From Gammaproteobacteria bacterium (GTDB lineage: Bacteria > Pseudomonadota > Gammaproteobacteria > Steroidobacterales > UBA11654), in assembly GCA_002691465.1 (NCBI GenBank), contig NZHP01000036.1, positions 20,116-84,115 on the forward strand: a stretch of 64,000 nucleotides of DNA, written 5' to 3'. Positions within the stretch are counted from its first letter, which is position 1. Every line of letters starts with the position of its first letter. The position numbers were made by a program, and so were the translations under genes. Positions 20,639-30,769 of this stretch are shown here, piece after piece. The notes under the pieces are model-generated. The model had not been told where the DNA came from, did not search any database, and was given only the letters and a program-made list of their open reading frames with translations.

Positions 20639-21268
20639 CTATAGATGCATCTCTTCTTCATCCTCGCTAAGACTATCTTGAAAGGTTTCACGAGAGAAAA
20701 CTCTCTCCATATAATCGGTAATGGCTTTTTGCTCCTTGCCAAGTGAGATACCGAAGTACTCTAATCTCCAAAGTATTGGAGCCAAAACACAGTCTATGAC
20801 TGTTAATTCATCATTGAGAAAATACTTATTCGAAGAAAATAAATCCAGTGACGCATTCAACATTGATTTGAGTTTTTTCCTCAGACTGTTTTCATTCTTA
20901 GTGCCAAGTTCTGCATCGAGTTGTATAGCGGTTGATACAATATCAGCTTCCAATGAAACTAGTGCCAATCTTACTTTGGCTCTGTCAACAGGACTTACAG
21001 GCATCAATGGTGGATGAGGATATCTTTCGTCCAGATACTCAATGATCACACCGGAGTCATATATTACAAGCTCCCTGTCAGTAAGGGTCGGTATCGAAGC
21101 ATAAGGATTTAAAGCAATGAGATCTTCAGGAACTTTTTTTCCTCCGACATTTTGGATGTCAGTTGTAATTCCTTTCTCTCTAAGAACAAACCTAACTTGG
21201 TGGGACCTTATACAGGTATTGCCTGAGAATAAACCCATCATTGATCTTCTGTTAGAAACATTCGTCAC
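20639..21268 (-). CDS. sspA: Stringent starvation protein A (GST fold)
   Basis: SHQVRFVLREKG, LNPY..PTL.DR, EYLDERYPHPPLMP; follows petC. Confidence 0.93.
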   Translation of the reverse strand: MTNVSNRRSMMGLFSGNTCIRSHQVRFVLREKGITTDIQNVGGKKVPEDLIALNPYASIPTLTDRELVIYDSGVIIEYLDERYPHPPLMPVSPVDRAKVRLALVSLEADIVSTAIQLDAELGTKNENSLRKKLKSMLNASLDLFSSNKYFLNDELTVIDCVLAPILWRLEYFGISLGKEQKAITDYMERVFSRETFQDSLSEDEEEMHL

Positions 21269-21930
21269 TTAACTTCCCTCCAAATATCTTTATAGAGAGC
21301 ATAACTAAATATTAAGAAAATAAGTAAAAAACCTATGACCCAAACACCCATTGATTTGCGTTTTTCAACGATTGGCTCTCCTGCATAGACCAAAAATCCA
21401 ACGGTATCATTTAGAAACTGACTATATTCTTCATCTGAAAGTCTCTCTTGGAGGTCCCATAAAACATGGGGCATACTTGAAGCCTCTTGAACATGATTGT
21501 TTACACCAGTGGGTGAATTATTGTCTGGATAAAATGAATTCAATAACCCATAAACATATTCTGGACTTTTTCTTCTTGTAACTAAGGTAAGATCCGGTGG
21601 AGCCTTTCCAAACCAACGGTCACCATCTTCTTTTAGCATATTATTCATAACCAAATCTTGTGGTGAACTATCAGTAAAAATAAGGTTCTGCATGAGTTGA
21701 TCTTCACTGATGCCAAGATCTTCAGCAATTTGATTGTATCTCATGTATTGAAGTGTATGACATCCAGAACAGTAATTAAAAAAATTTCTTGCGCCTCTTT
21801 GGAGTGACTTTGAATCAGAAGTTTTTACATTCATCCCTTCTATGTATTCATCAAGATCCATTGAGCCTGCAGCAAATGTTGCCCCTGAGATAAATGCAAA
21901 TACTGAATAAATTGCAAATAAACTTTTCAT
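21265..21930 (-). CDS. petC: Cytochrome c1
   Basis: Signal peptide, CSGCH heme motif, PPDLTL, SMPHVL axial Met, C-terminal TM. Confidence 0.94.
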   Translation of the reverse strand: MKSLFAIYSVFAFISGATFAAGSMDLDEYIEGMNVKTSDSKSLQRGARNFFNYCSGCHTLQYMRYNQIAEDLGISEDQLMQNLIFTDSSPQDLVMNNMLKEDGDRWFGKAPPDLTLVTRRKSPEYVYGLLNSFYPDNNSPTGVNNHVQEASSMPHVLWDLQERLSDEEYSQFLNDTVGFLVYAGEPIVEKRKSMGVWVIGFLLIFLIFSYALYKDIWREVK

Positions 21931-23180
21931 GACTCTTTCTTCTTATATACCACTCTTTCGGGAACAGTTTTTGTTTTCTCAAGCTTTGTATAAAACGGCA
22001 TGAGCAAGAAGAAAGCAAAATAAGTTATGGTGAAGAATCTTGCCAAGAATACATAAATACCTGTAGCAGGCTGAAGGCCAAGATAACCCAGTGCAATGAA
22101 TGATATTGCAAACAATGTGAGTGCAAATTTATACTGCCATCCTCTGTATCGAATCGATTTAACCTCACACTTATCTAGCCATGGCAAAAAGACAAACAAG
22201 ACGACTGCTAAGACAAGGAACAATGCTCCCAATGCCGCATTTGGAACAGCTCTCAAGATTGCATAATATGGTGTAAAGTACCACGAAGGCACTATATGTT
22301 CGGGTGTTTTAAGTGGGTCAGCAGGTTCAAAATTATCTACTTCTAGAAAATACCCTCCCATTTCTGGGGCAAAAAATACGGCGGCAAAGTAAATGATTAA
22401 GAAGATTGTAATCCCCACTAAATCTTTACTTGTGTGGAATGGATGAAAAGCAACTCCATCAATTGGCTTGCCAGTTTCATCAAGTTTTTTCTTTATTTCA
22501 ATCCCATCTGGATTATTTGATCCAACATGATGTAGCGCAAGTATATGTGCAGCAACTAGGCCAACGATAGCAAGGGGGAGAAATATAACATGAAATGCAA
22601 AGAAACGATTCAATGTGATATCTGAAATAAAATAATCCCCTCTAATCCATTCGGTTAAGGTATCACCGACAAATGGGATATACCCAAAAAGATTTACGAT
22701 TACTTGGCCTGCCCAATAAGACATATTTCCCCAAGGCAATAAGTAACCAAAGAATGCTTCCGCCATGAGGCAGAAGTATAGCAACATTCCGAGTATCCAT
22801 ATCAGTTCACGAGGCTTTTTATATGACCCATATAACATTGCTCTGAACATATGTAAGTAAATCACTATAAAGAAGAATGAAGCGCCAGTAGAATGCATAT
22901 ATCGAATGAGCCAACCATTTTCAACGGATCTCATTATGTACTCAACAGAATTGAAAGCATCGTCTGCAGATGGTTTATAATTCATTGTTAGAAAAAACCC
23001 TGTGATCAACATAATGATTAATACAACCATCGACAAAACTCCAAATAGGTACCAAATATTGAAGTTTTTGGAAGCATAATATTCTGTAGCATGATCCTTT
23101 ATTAGGGAAGACAGAGGAAATCGGTCATCAATCCATTTCAAGAGTGGATTTGTAAATATACTTTCTGTTTGCTTTGCCAT
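21927..23180 (-). CDS. petB: Cytochrome b
   Basis: RYMHSTGAS, YLHMFR, LPWGNMSYW, TLNRFFAFH, PSWY (PEWY equivalent). Confidence 0.97.
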   Translation of the reverse strand: MAKQTESIFTNPLLKWIDDRFPLSSLIKDHATEYYASKNFNIWYLFGVLSMVVLIIMLITGFFLTMNYKPSADDAFNSVEYIMRSVENGWLIRYMHSTGASFFFIVIYLHMFRAMLYGSYKKPRELIWILGMLLYFCLMAEAFFGYLLPWGNMSYWAGQVIVNLFGYIPFVGDTLTEWIRGDYFISDITLNRFFAFHVIFLPLAIVGLVAAHILALHHVGSNNPDGIEIKKKLDETGKPIDGVAFHPFHTSKDLVGITIFLIIYFAAVFFAPEMGGYFLEVDNFEPADPLKTPEHIVPSWYFTPYYAILRAVPNAALGALFLVLAVVLFVFLPWLDKCEVKSIRYRGWQYKFALTLFAISFIALGYLGLQPATGIYVFLARFFTITYFAFFLLMPFYTKLEKTKTVPERVVYKKKES

Positions 23181-23184
23181 AAAT

Positions 23185-23760
23185 CTAACTATTCTCGCCG
23201 ACTAATAAAGTGGTTTCATCAATAAAATTATGTGCAGGAACCCTTAGGTTGGAGGGAGCAGGTACGCCAGCATAGACTCTTCCTGATAAATCAAATTTTG
23301 ATCCATGGCAAGGGCAATAGAAACCACCTTTCCAGTCTGGACCCATATCTGCAGGTGCAATCGCAAACTTCTCAATTGGAGCACACCCCAAATGAGTGCA
23401 AACCCCCTCCACAACAAAAAATTCTGGATTCTTTGATCGAAATTTATTTTTGGCGAAATCTGGCTGAATAGATAATTCAGATTTAGGATCTCTAAGGTAA
23501 GAATTTTCATTGTCCAACTCACTTATCATCTCATCAGTTCTTCGTAAGACCCAAATTGGTTTACCTCTGTAGATTACTTTTATGATCGAGCCAGGCTCTA
23601 GTTTTGATAAGCTTACTTTAATGGAAGCACCAAGGGCTTTTGCTTTCTTGCTTGGTTGGAAGGTGGAAACAAATGCTCCAACAGCAAATATTCCTCCAAC
23701 TGCGCTGGTAAGACTCGTCGCAATTGATAAAAACTTCCTTCTATTAAGATTCTCTGCCAT
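23185..23760 (-). CDS. petA: Rieske Fe-S subunit of the bc1 complex
   Basis: Tat motif NRRKFL, CTHLGC and CPCHGS. Confidence 0.97.
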   Translation of the reverse strand: MAENLNRRKFLSIATSLTSAVGGIFAVGAFVSTFQPSKKAKALGASIKVSLSKLEPGSIIKVIYRGKPIWVLRRTDEMISELDNENSYLRDPKSELSIQPDFAKNKFRSKNPEFFVVEGVCTHLGCAPIEKFAIAPADMGPDWKGGFYCPCHGSKFDLSGRVYAGVPAPSNLRVPAHNFIDETTLLVGENS

Positions 23761-23816
23761 TTGGAAACCTTTAACCTAAAAAGCATGTGCGATTATACAC
23801 GAATAAACAAAAATCA

Positions 23817-25070
23817 TTAGTCAATTCTTCTAACTTTTGCACCTATATTTAATAGCTTTTCTTCAATATTCTCATATCCACGATCCAAATGATAAATGCG
23901 ATCAATGATTGTCTTTCCATCTGCAATCAAACCTGCAAGAATCAATGCTGCAGACGCTCTCAAATCTGTTGCCATTACCTGCGCAGAATTTAATTTTGAA
24001 ACTCCTCTTACAATTGCAGTATTTCCATCAATTCCAATATTGGCGCCCATTCTTTTGAGCTCCAATATATGCATAAATCTATTCTCAAAAATGGTCTCCT
24101 TTATCTTAGAGTCACCATGTGCAATGGTATTTAACACCATCAGTTGCGCCTGTATATCTGTTGGGATTCCTGGATACGGGTTAGTTTCAAAACTAATGGG
24201 AAGAATCGTATCTGGTCCTTTCAAAAATAAAGAATCTTCAAATATCTCAAACTTTGCTCCACATTGCCGAATCAACTCGATGGGTTGTTGTATATGTAAA
24301 GGATTGATATTTTCAACCTTAAGCTCTCCTTGGGCTATGATTCCAGCGATAATCATTGTAATTGCCTCAATTCGATCTGGAATAATTTCAATTTCAGCGC
24401 CTTCAAGATTCTCTACCCCCTCTATTGATATGAAATCTTCTCCGAGACCTTCAATTTTTGCTCCCATAGAATTCAGAAGTTCGCCAAGTTGAACAATCTC
24501 TGGTTCGCAAGCCGCATTGCCAATCTCTGTTTCTCCTTCGGCTAAGGTGGCAGCCATCAAAATATTTGCAGTTCCAGTCACGCTCTTTTTAGGAAAAGAA
24601 TATGTTGAGCCTATTAATCTTTCGGCAGAAGCTAATATATATCCGTCTTTAATTTCTATTGATGCTCCTAATTTTTCTAACCCCTCTATATGAAGATCAA
24701 CTGGTCGAGCGCCAATTGCACAACCTCCAGGCAATGAAACTTTTGCCTCTCCATGTTTTGCTAGTAATGGTCCAAGGACCATAATTGATGCCCTCATAGT
24801 TTTGACTAGTTCATATGATGCAAATTTTGACTCAATTTCACTCGCATTAAATGTAAAAGAACCTTTATGGTTTTTTTTTGTCTTCATCCCCATAGAATCT
24901 AATAGAGTAATCAATGTTTTGACATCAGCCAGATCAGGAATACCATTTAGAGTAATATTATGATCCGATAGAATGCACGCGGTCATCATAGGCAATGCGG
25001 CATTTTTAGAGCCTGAAATTTTCACGCTCCCACTAAGAGGATATCCGCCGTTAATTACTAACTTTTTCAA
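23817..25070 (-). CDS. murA: UDP-GlcNAc 1-carboxyvinyltransferase
   Basis: SGSKNAALP, MRASI, LPGGCAIGARP (catalytic Cys), DLRASA, HLDRGY. Confidence 0.97.
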   Translation of the reverse strand: MKKLVINGGYPLSGSVKISGSKNAALPMMTACILSDHNITLNGIPDLADVKTLITLLDSMGMKTKKNHKGSFTFNASEIESKFASYELVKTMRASIMVLGPLLAKHGEAKVSLPGGCAIGARPVDLHIEGLEKLGASIEIKDGYILASAERLIGSTYSFPKKSVTGTANILMAATLAEGETEIGNAACEPEIVQLGELLNSMGAKIEGLGEDFISIEGVENLEGAEIEIIPDRIEAITMIIAGIIAQGELKVENINPLHIQQPIELIRQCGAKFEIFEDSLFLKGPDTILPISFETNPYPGIPTDIQAQLMVLNTIAHGDSKIKETIFENRFMHILELKRMGANIGIDGNTAIVRGVSKLNSAQVMATDLRASAALILAGLIADGKTIIDRIYHLDRGYENIEEKLLNIGAKVRRID

Positions 25071-25082
25071 TGGTTTTTATGA

Positions 25083-25307
25083 TTAGGAATCTGGTGTCCT
25101 TGCATCTATGCTAAGCGCATGAATCTCCTGCTTCATATTATCTCCAAGAGAAGCATAAATCATTTTATGCCGATCAATCAAAGAGAGGTTTTCAAAAGAT
25201 GATGAGATCACAGTAGCAGTAAAATGAACATTGTCGTCACTTGAAACAGAAACATCTGCGTCTGGTATAGCAGACTGTATTAATTGAGTTATTTGTTCAG
25301 GATTCAT
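25083..25307 (-). CDS. ibaG: BolA/IbaG family protein
   Basis: HF..TVIS..F, RHKMIY, IHALSI..TP; directly upstream of murA. Confidence 0.85.
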   Translation of the reverse strand: MNPEQITQLIQSAIPDADVSVSSDDNVHFTATVISSSFENLSLIDRHKMIYASLGDNMKQEIHALSIDARTPDS

Positions 25308-25382
25308 CCTATTTATTATATTCTTAATTTGTTGACAATATATACGTAGATAAAAAGAATTATACTTCTTGTTTAAATTTTC

Positions 25383-26351
25383 ATGAAAAATTTTGATTAC
25401 ATTGCAGTTGCGAAAAAGGTTCTTGAAATTGAATCAAAGGCACTGGTAAAACAAATTGATCAAATCGATCAAGCATTTGTCGATGCCTGTGAATTATGTC
25501 TTGAGTGTGATGGAAAATTAATCGTCATGGGACTTGGTAAATCAGGGCACATTGCAGATAAGATTGCAGCAACGCTATCAAGCACAGGCACGCCCTCGTA
25601 CTTTATCCATCCAAGCGAGGCAATCCACGGTGATATTGGTATGATCGACGAAAAAGACATAGTATTAATATTCTCTTATTCTGGAGAGACTGAAGAAATA
25701 ATCTCCTTAATTCCATATCTAAAGAAAAAAGAGATTAAGATCATCTCTTTCACGGGAAATATTAAATCTAAATTATCCTCTGAGTCTGACATACATATCC
25801 ATGTACCTGTTGATGAAGAGGCCTGTCCAATGAACCTAGCTCCTACTGCTAGCACTACTACTGCGTTGGCAGTTGGTGACGCCTTTGCAGTTGCTCTTCT
25901 AGAGCGCAAAGGATTCACAAAGGAAGATTTTGCCAAATCACACCCAGGAGGCTCGCTAGGTAAACAACTGCTGCTATCGATCAAAGATATCATGCATACA
26001 GGAGATGAGGTTCCGGTCGTTTACTCACGTGATACGCTTTCAAAAGGTCTTATTGAGATGTCACAAAAAGCATTGGGAATGACAGCAATAGTTGATGAGA
26101 AGGATCAACTTGTTGGAATTTTTACTGATGGAGACCTCAGAAGAACGCTTGAATCAAACATAGATATTAAGACAACTAAAATGCGTCAAGTCATGACTAA
26201 GAATCCATTTGTACTTCCTGCTGATACTCTCGCCTATAATGCTTTGAATCTCATTCAAGAAAAAAAAATAACTTCTATTATCGTTACGAATGAAAATAAA
26301 GTCATAGGAGCACTCAATATTCATGATCTATTCAGATCAGGCTTAATGTAA
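25383..26351 (+). CDS. kdsD: Arabinose-5-phosphate isomerase (SIS plus CBS domains)
   Basis: GLGKSGHI, EAIHGDIG, SYSGET, APTAST, HPGGSLG, CBS pair. Confidence 0.95.
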   Translation: MKNFDYIAVAKKVLEIESKALVKQIDQIDQAFVDACELCLECDGKLIVMGLGKSGHIADKIAATLSSTGTPSYFIHPSEAIHGDIGMIDEKDIVLIFSYSGETEEIISLIPYLKKKEIKIISFTGNIKSKLSSESDIHIHVPVDEEACPMNLAPTASTTTALAVGDAFAVALLERKGFTKEDFAKSHPGGSLGKQLLLSIKDIMHTGDEVPVVYSRDTLSKGLIEMSQKALGMTAIVDEKDQLVGIFTDGDLRRTLESNIDIKTTKMRQVMTKNPFVLPADTLAYNALNLIQEKKITSIIVTNENKVIGALNIHDLFRSGLM

Positions 26352-26360
26352 AATAAGTTT

Positions 26361-26909
26361 GTGCTTGGATTTTTCTCTAAATTAATCTTTCTGCTTTTTT
26401 TAGTAGCTGGAAGCTTTATTGCTTACTTATCTACTAATCAAATTGAAACAGAAACAGTGCTTGAATCAAATGAAAGGATTTACAGTATAAAAAATGCAGA
26501 GTTTTTTGGCGCTGACCAAAAGGGATCATTGACTTATAAAGTTTTTTCTAAAAAAGCCAGATCAGAAAATACAAATAATCAGATAATATTAGACCAAGTG
26601 AGTCTCTTATATTATTCAGATGACCTTAATAGCTGGAAGATTTCTTCTGACAAAGGTGCGCTTTATGATAATTCAAACATTCTCGTCTTAACTGGCAATG
26701 TTTTGATTAGAAACAATGCGACTTTAGGACCATCTATCATTGAAACGGAATATTTGGAGATCAATCCAAATAAAATGACAATTGCAACAAACAAACAAGT
26801 AAAAATCACTCTGAATAATAATACAATTGAGGCTTTTGGAATTAATGCAACACTTGAAGATAATCAAATTAAATTTAGAACAAGCAATACTTCAACTTCA
26901 ATGGAATAA
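26361..26909 (+). CDS. lptC: LPS export protein LptC
   Basis: N-terminal TM, W.ISSDKG, L.LTGNV.I, IETEYL beta-jellyroll pattern; lies between kdsD and lptB. Confidence 0.8.
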   Translation: MLGFFSKLIFLLFLVAGSFIAYLSTNQIETETVLESNERIYSIKNAEFFGADQKGSLTYKVFSKKARSENTNNQIILDQVSLLYYSDDLNSWKISSDKGALYDNSNILVLTGNVLIRNNATLGPSIIETEYLEINPNKMTIATNKQVKITLNNNTIEAFGINATLEDNQIKFRTSNTSTSME

Positions 26910-26915
26910 TTAATC

Positions 26916-27641
26916 ATGAGCATATTGATAGCAGAATCACTAGAAAAAAAGTATCGCTCTAGAAAAGTGGTCAATAATTTAAGCTTCAATATTAAAAGTG
27001 GAGAGATCATTGGCTTACTAGGGCCAAATGGGGCAGGAAAGACCACTGCTTTCTATATGACTGTGGGCTTGATCTCATGTAGCAGTGGAAAAATTATATT
27101 AGATGATCAAGAGATTACACGCTTTCCAATCCACAAAAGAGCAAAAATTGGAATAGGATATCTACCACAGGAAGCCTCGGTTTTTAGAAAGTTAACTGTT
27201 CAGGAGAATATTCTTGCCGTATTAGAGATGAGAAGTGATCTGTCTCAAATAAAAAGAACCGAAATGCTCGAAAGACTTCTCAATCAGCTCAACCTAAATG
27301 ATGTTAGAAACATATTAGGACTGAGTCTTTCGGGGGGTGAAAGAAGAAGGGTAGAGATTGCAAGAACGTTATCAATCGAGCCCAAATTTATATTACTAGA
27401 TGAACCATTTGCAGGCGTTGATCCGATTTCTGTTCTAGAAATACAAAGTATCATAAAATCACTTGCATCAGATGGTATTGGGATTCTTATCACAGATCAT
27501 AATGTGCGAGAAACCTTAGGGATTTGTGATAGAGGATATATTGTAAGTGAAGGAACATCTATTGCCTACGGGACACCAGATCAAATACTGGAAAATAAGC
27601 AGGTTAAAAAGGTTTACCTTGGGGAAAGCTTCACAATGTAG
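26916..27641 (+). CDS. lptB: LPS export ABC ATPase LptB
   Basis: GPNGAGKTT, YLPQEASVFR, LSGGERRR, DEPFAGVDP, ITDHNVRE. Confidence 0.96.
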   Translation: MSILIAESLEKKYRSRKVVNNLSFNIKSGEIIGLLGPNGAGKTTAFYMTVGLISCSSGKIILDDQEITRFPIHKRAKIGIGYLPQEASVFRKLTVQENILAVLEMRSDLSQIKRTEMLERLLNQLNLNDVRNILGLSLSGGERRRVEIARTLSIEPKFILLDEPFAGVDPISVLEIQSIIKSLASDGIGILITDHNVRETLGICDRGYIVSEGTSIAYGTPDQILENKQVKKVYLGESFTM

Positions 27642-27678
27642 ATAGATCTTTCTATTTATTTTTGACAGAGTAGACAGA

Positions 27679-29034
27679 GTGGAGAAAAATATTTCAACTA
27701 CTGAAAAAAATCTAATCCAGCTTCTGCATGACCTTGAAGCAGAGAAGTCCATAGGGATTCAAAATAAACTCTCTTCACTCAGCCCATTTGAAATAGCTAG
27801 ATTATTAGAGGCGATGGAGCCAAGGAATAGAAATATTCTGTGGCGCATGGTTGAGAAGGAGGATGAAGGTGAAGTACTCAAGGAGCTTGTCGAAGATGTT
27901 CGGCAAACTCTTATTGACCAGATGGATACAAATGAAATTATTGCTGCAACACAAGATCTTGAATTAGATGACTTGGCAGATATTCTCAATGATTTACCAG
28001 ATCAAATTACAGATGAAGTCATTCGAGCATTAGATAGACAAGATCAAATAAGACTAGAATCAGTCATGTCTTATGATGAGGATAGTGCCGGTGGCTTGAC
28101 AAATCCGAACATTCTATCGATCAGAAGAGGTCTAAATATTAAGAGCCTTATAAGATATCTAAGATCACTAGAAAAATTACCAGAAAATACTAACTACATT
28201 TATGTCATAAATCGAAATAATGAATACATTGGCTCAGTAAGATTGGTTGATCTTTTTACTGAAGATACCGAAATTCCAATCGAGCAAATCATGGATAGTC
28301 AGGTGGGACCCATCAGTGCCTCTTCCTCTGCTGAGCAAGTAATATCAACCTTTCAGAATCTTGACTTGATCTCGCTCCCTGTTGTTGATGATGAGAATAA
28401 ACTTTTAGGAGAAATAACTGTTGACGATGTTGTTGACGCGATTCAAGATCAAGCCAACAGTGAAATTTTCAATATGGCAGGGCTTGATGATGAAGATGAC
28501 ATCTTTGCACCTATTTTTGTAAGCTCAAGAAGAAGAGCTGTATGGCTTGGAGCAAATCTACTCACGGCATTTGTGGTTGCATCAGCAGTAAGTTTATTTC
28601 AATCAACAATTGATCAAATCGTAATACTTGCTGTTTTGATGCCTATTGTCGCTAGCATGGGAGGGGTGGCAGGCAATCAAACATTAATTCTAGTAATCAG
28701 AGGTATTGCAATGGGTAGAATTCAGGCATCAAATGCAGTACGTTTGCTTTCAAAGGAAATGATGGTTGCACTTGTTAATGGAACATTTTGGGCAATTATT
28801 GTTTCAGTATTTGCAGTTCTACTATTTCAAACAACTTGGGAAATAGGAATCATTGTTGGTATCTCAATGCTCCTAAATATTTTTGCTTCAGCAATTGCCG
28901 GGGTCACTATACCCTTTTTACTTAAAAAAATTGGAATTGATCCTGCCTTGGCAAGCGGTGTGATGATGACAACATTGACAGACGTTCTGGGCTTCGTTAC
29001 TTTCCTTGGTCTTGCTACTCTAATTCTTCTTTAA
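27679..29034 (+). CDS. mgtE: Magnesium transporter MgtE
   Basis: Acidic N-domain, CBS pair, MPIVASMGG, IDPALASG..TTLTD. Confidence 0.94.
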   Translation: MEKNISTTEKNLIQLLHDLEAEKSIGIQNKLSSLSPFEIARLLEAMEPRNRNILWRMVEKEDEGEVLKELVEDVRQTLIDQMDTNEIIAATQDLELDDLADILNDLPDQITDEVIRALDRQDQIRLESVMSYDEDSAGGLTNPNILSIRRGLNIKSLIRYLRSLEKLPENTNYIYVINRNNEYIGSVRLVDLFTEDTEIPIEQIMDSQVGPISASSSAEQVISTFQNLDLISLPVVDDENKLLGEITVDDVVDAIQDQANSEIFNMAGLDDEDDIFAPIFVSSRRRAVWLGANLLTAFVVASAVSLFQSTIDQIVILAVLMPIVASMGGVAGNQTLILVIRGIAMGRIQASNAVRLLSKEMMVALVNGTFWAIIVSVFAVLLFQTTWEIGIIVGISMLLNIFASAIAGVTIPFLLKKIGIDPALASGVMMTTLTDVLGFVTFLGLATLILL

Positions 29035-30170
29035 ATTCTTAAGAAATTCTTTATCTCTTGCTTTTTTTCCATTGCATCATGAAACCCCAAATCTATCAGT
29101 GACTTAGTGAAACTTGATTCAAATAATAAGAAGCTTAATAATTCTGAATTGGAATTTTTTTCAATCCCAATTCCTTTGAATAACATTCTTAAACTCAAGG
29201 GAATATCTTTGTAACAATTCATGGCAATCTCACTTACATCAACTGAGGGTGAAATAACAAGATAATCTATTTGCTTCATTTCCTTGGTTTCTGTTTGAAC
29301 CTTTTGATCCTCGTTTAGAGCGATTACCTGATTAATGCGATCTAAACGTTCAAGATCAGAATAGAGACTTCCTGAAAATAATCCGTCTAATATATATCCT
29401 CCGATCTCTGAAAAATCAGGATAAATTTTATCTGAGTGATCTCTATCTTGATCTTTTGATGACTCAGTTGATATGATCAAAAGATTTGATGCGCCGAGAC
29501 GAATGGTTGGTGAAAGTGGAGTTTCCTGTCTCATTGCCCCATCACCATAATACTTTCCATCAATTGTGATCGCTGGAAAAATAATTGGTAGTGCCACACT
29601 TGCCATTAAATGCTCAACATTTATTTCAGATTTTTTTCCAGATCTTCCAACTTTTTCCCAATTCTCAACCTTTCTGCTGGTTGTAAAAAATGATACTGAT
29701 TCTTTCTCTTCATATGATGCAGCTGTAACAATGAGCGCATCCAAAGCTCCTGAGTAAATATTATTATTTAGAGTTTGAAAGTTTATTTTTTCCTTTAACA
29801 ATTCTCTTAAAGGTTGATTATCTAAAAGAGATCTAGGATTCTTGGTAAGCACGCCGCCAGTAATCAAAGTTAATAACCAATGAATACTTTGTTTCAACAT
29901 GAATAACTTTTCAGTTCTGTAAATTTGATTGGTTGTAAATCCTTTCCATACATTTTCGAGCTTAAAAATGGATTGATGGAAATTACCAATTTCAGCACAG
30001 ATCATGCTTGCATTGATTGCTCCGGCAGAGGTTCCACTAATAACATCAAATGGTGATTTCTCTATCCTGTTTTGAATATTCGAGATCGCCTTTAAAACAC
30101 CGACTTGATAAGCTCCTCTGGCACCACCACCAGGTAAAACCAAACCGATTTTATGATCGAAAGATTCCAT
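29031..30170 (-). CDS. Patatin-like phospholipase
   Basis: GGGARG, GTSAG nucleophile motif, DGA. Confidence 0.9.
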   Translation of the reverse strand: MESFDHKIGLVLPGGGARGAYQVGVLKAISNIQNRIEKSPFDVISGTSAGAINASMICAEIGNFHQSIFKLENVWKGFTTNQIYRTEKLFMLKQSIHWLLTLITGGVLTKNPRSLLDNQPLRELLKEKINFQTLNNNIYSGALDALIVTAASYEEKESVSFFTTSRKVENWEKVGRSGKKSEINVEHLMASVALPIIFPAITIDGKYYGDGAMRQETPLSPTIRLGASNLLIISTESSKDQDRDHSDKIYPDFSEIGGYILDGLFSGSLYSDLERLDRINQVIALNEDQKVQTETKEMKQIDYLVISPSVDVSEIAMNCYKDIPLSLRMLFKGIGIEKNSNSELLSFLLFESSFTKSLIDLGFHDAMEKKQEIKNFLRI

Positions 30171-30226
30171 GTAGACTAATTAATACATATGTTCTAATGT
30201 AGTACAACGAACTTAGGGAATGATTT

Positions 30227-30769
30227 ATGAAAAAGAACTTTTTAAAACTTTTATCTTTTACAGCAGTAATCTCAATTTTTGTCTGGGCAGATGCTTACAC
30301 CGATAGCCAACCTGCAGTGGGGGATTCCGCACCGACATTTAAACTCCAAGATCAAAATGGAGATTGGCATACTTTAGAAGATTACAGAGGAAAATATGTT
30401 GTTCTCTTCTTCTATCCAAAGGATGGAACGCCAGGTTGCACTACTGAAGCATGCAACTTCAGAGATAATATCTTTGCATTTGATGATCTGGATACACAAA
30501 TTCTTGGTATTAGTTTGGATGATGTAGAGTCACATAAAGAATTCAGTGAGAAATACAGTCTTCCATATCCAATTCTTGCAGATACAGAAAAAGAATCTGC
30601 AGTGAGTTACGGGGTTTTAGGTAAATTCTTGATGATGACAATTACTAAGAGGGAATCATTTATCATTGACCCAAACGGGGTAATTGTTAAGCATTATAAA
30701 AGTGTGGATCCTGAGAAACACACCGATGACGTAATTGAAGAGCTTAAATCAATTCAAAAAAGAGCTTAG
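30227..30769 (+). CDS. Peroxiredoxin, BCP/PrxQ type, with signal peptide
   Basis: FYPKDGTPGCTTEAC; N-terminal signal-like sequence ending VWA-DA. Confidence 0.9.
   Translation: MKKNFLKLLSFTAVISIFVWADAYTDSQPAVGDSAPTFKLQDQNGDWHTLEDYRGKYVVLFFYPKDGTPGCTTEACNFRDNIFAFDDLDTQILGISLDDVESHKEFSEKYSLPYPILADTEKESAVSYGVLGKFLMMTITKRESFIIDPNGVIVKHYKSVDPEKHTDDVIEELKSIQKRA

Noticed and set aside
23896-24492. 198-aa plus-strand ORF
   Set aside because: Antisense shadow of murA with no family motifs or RBS
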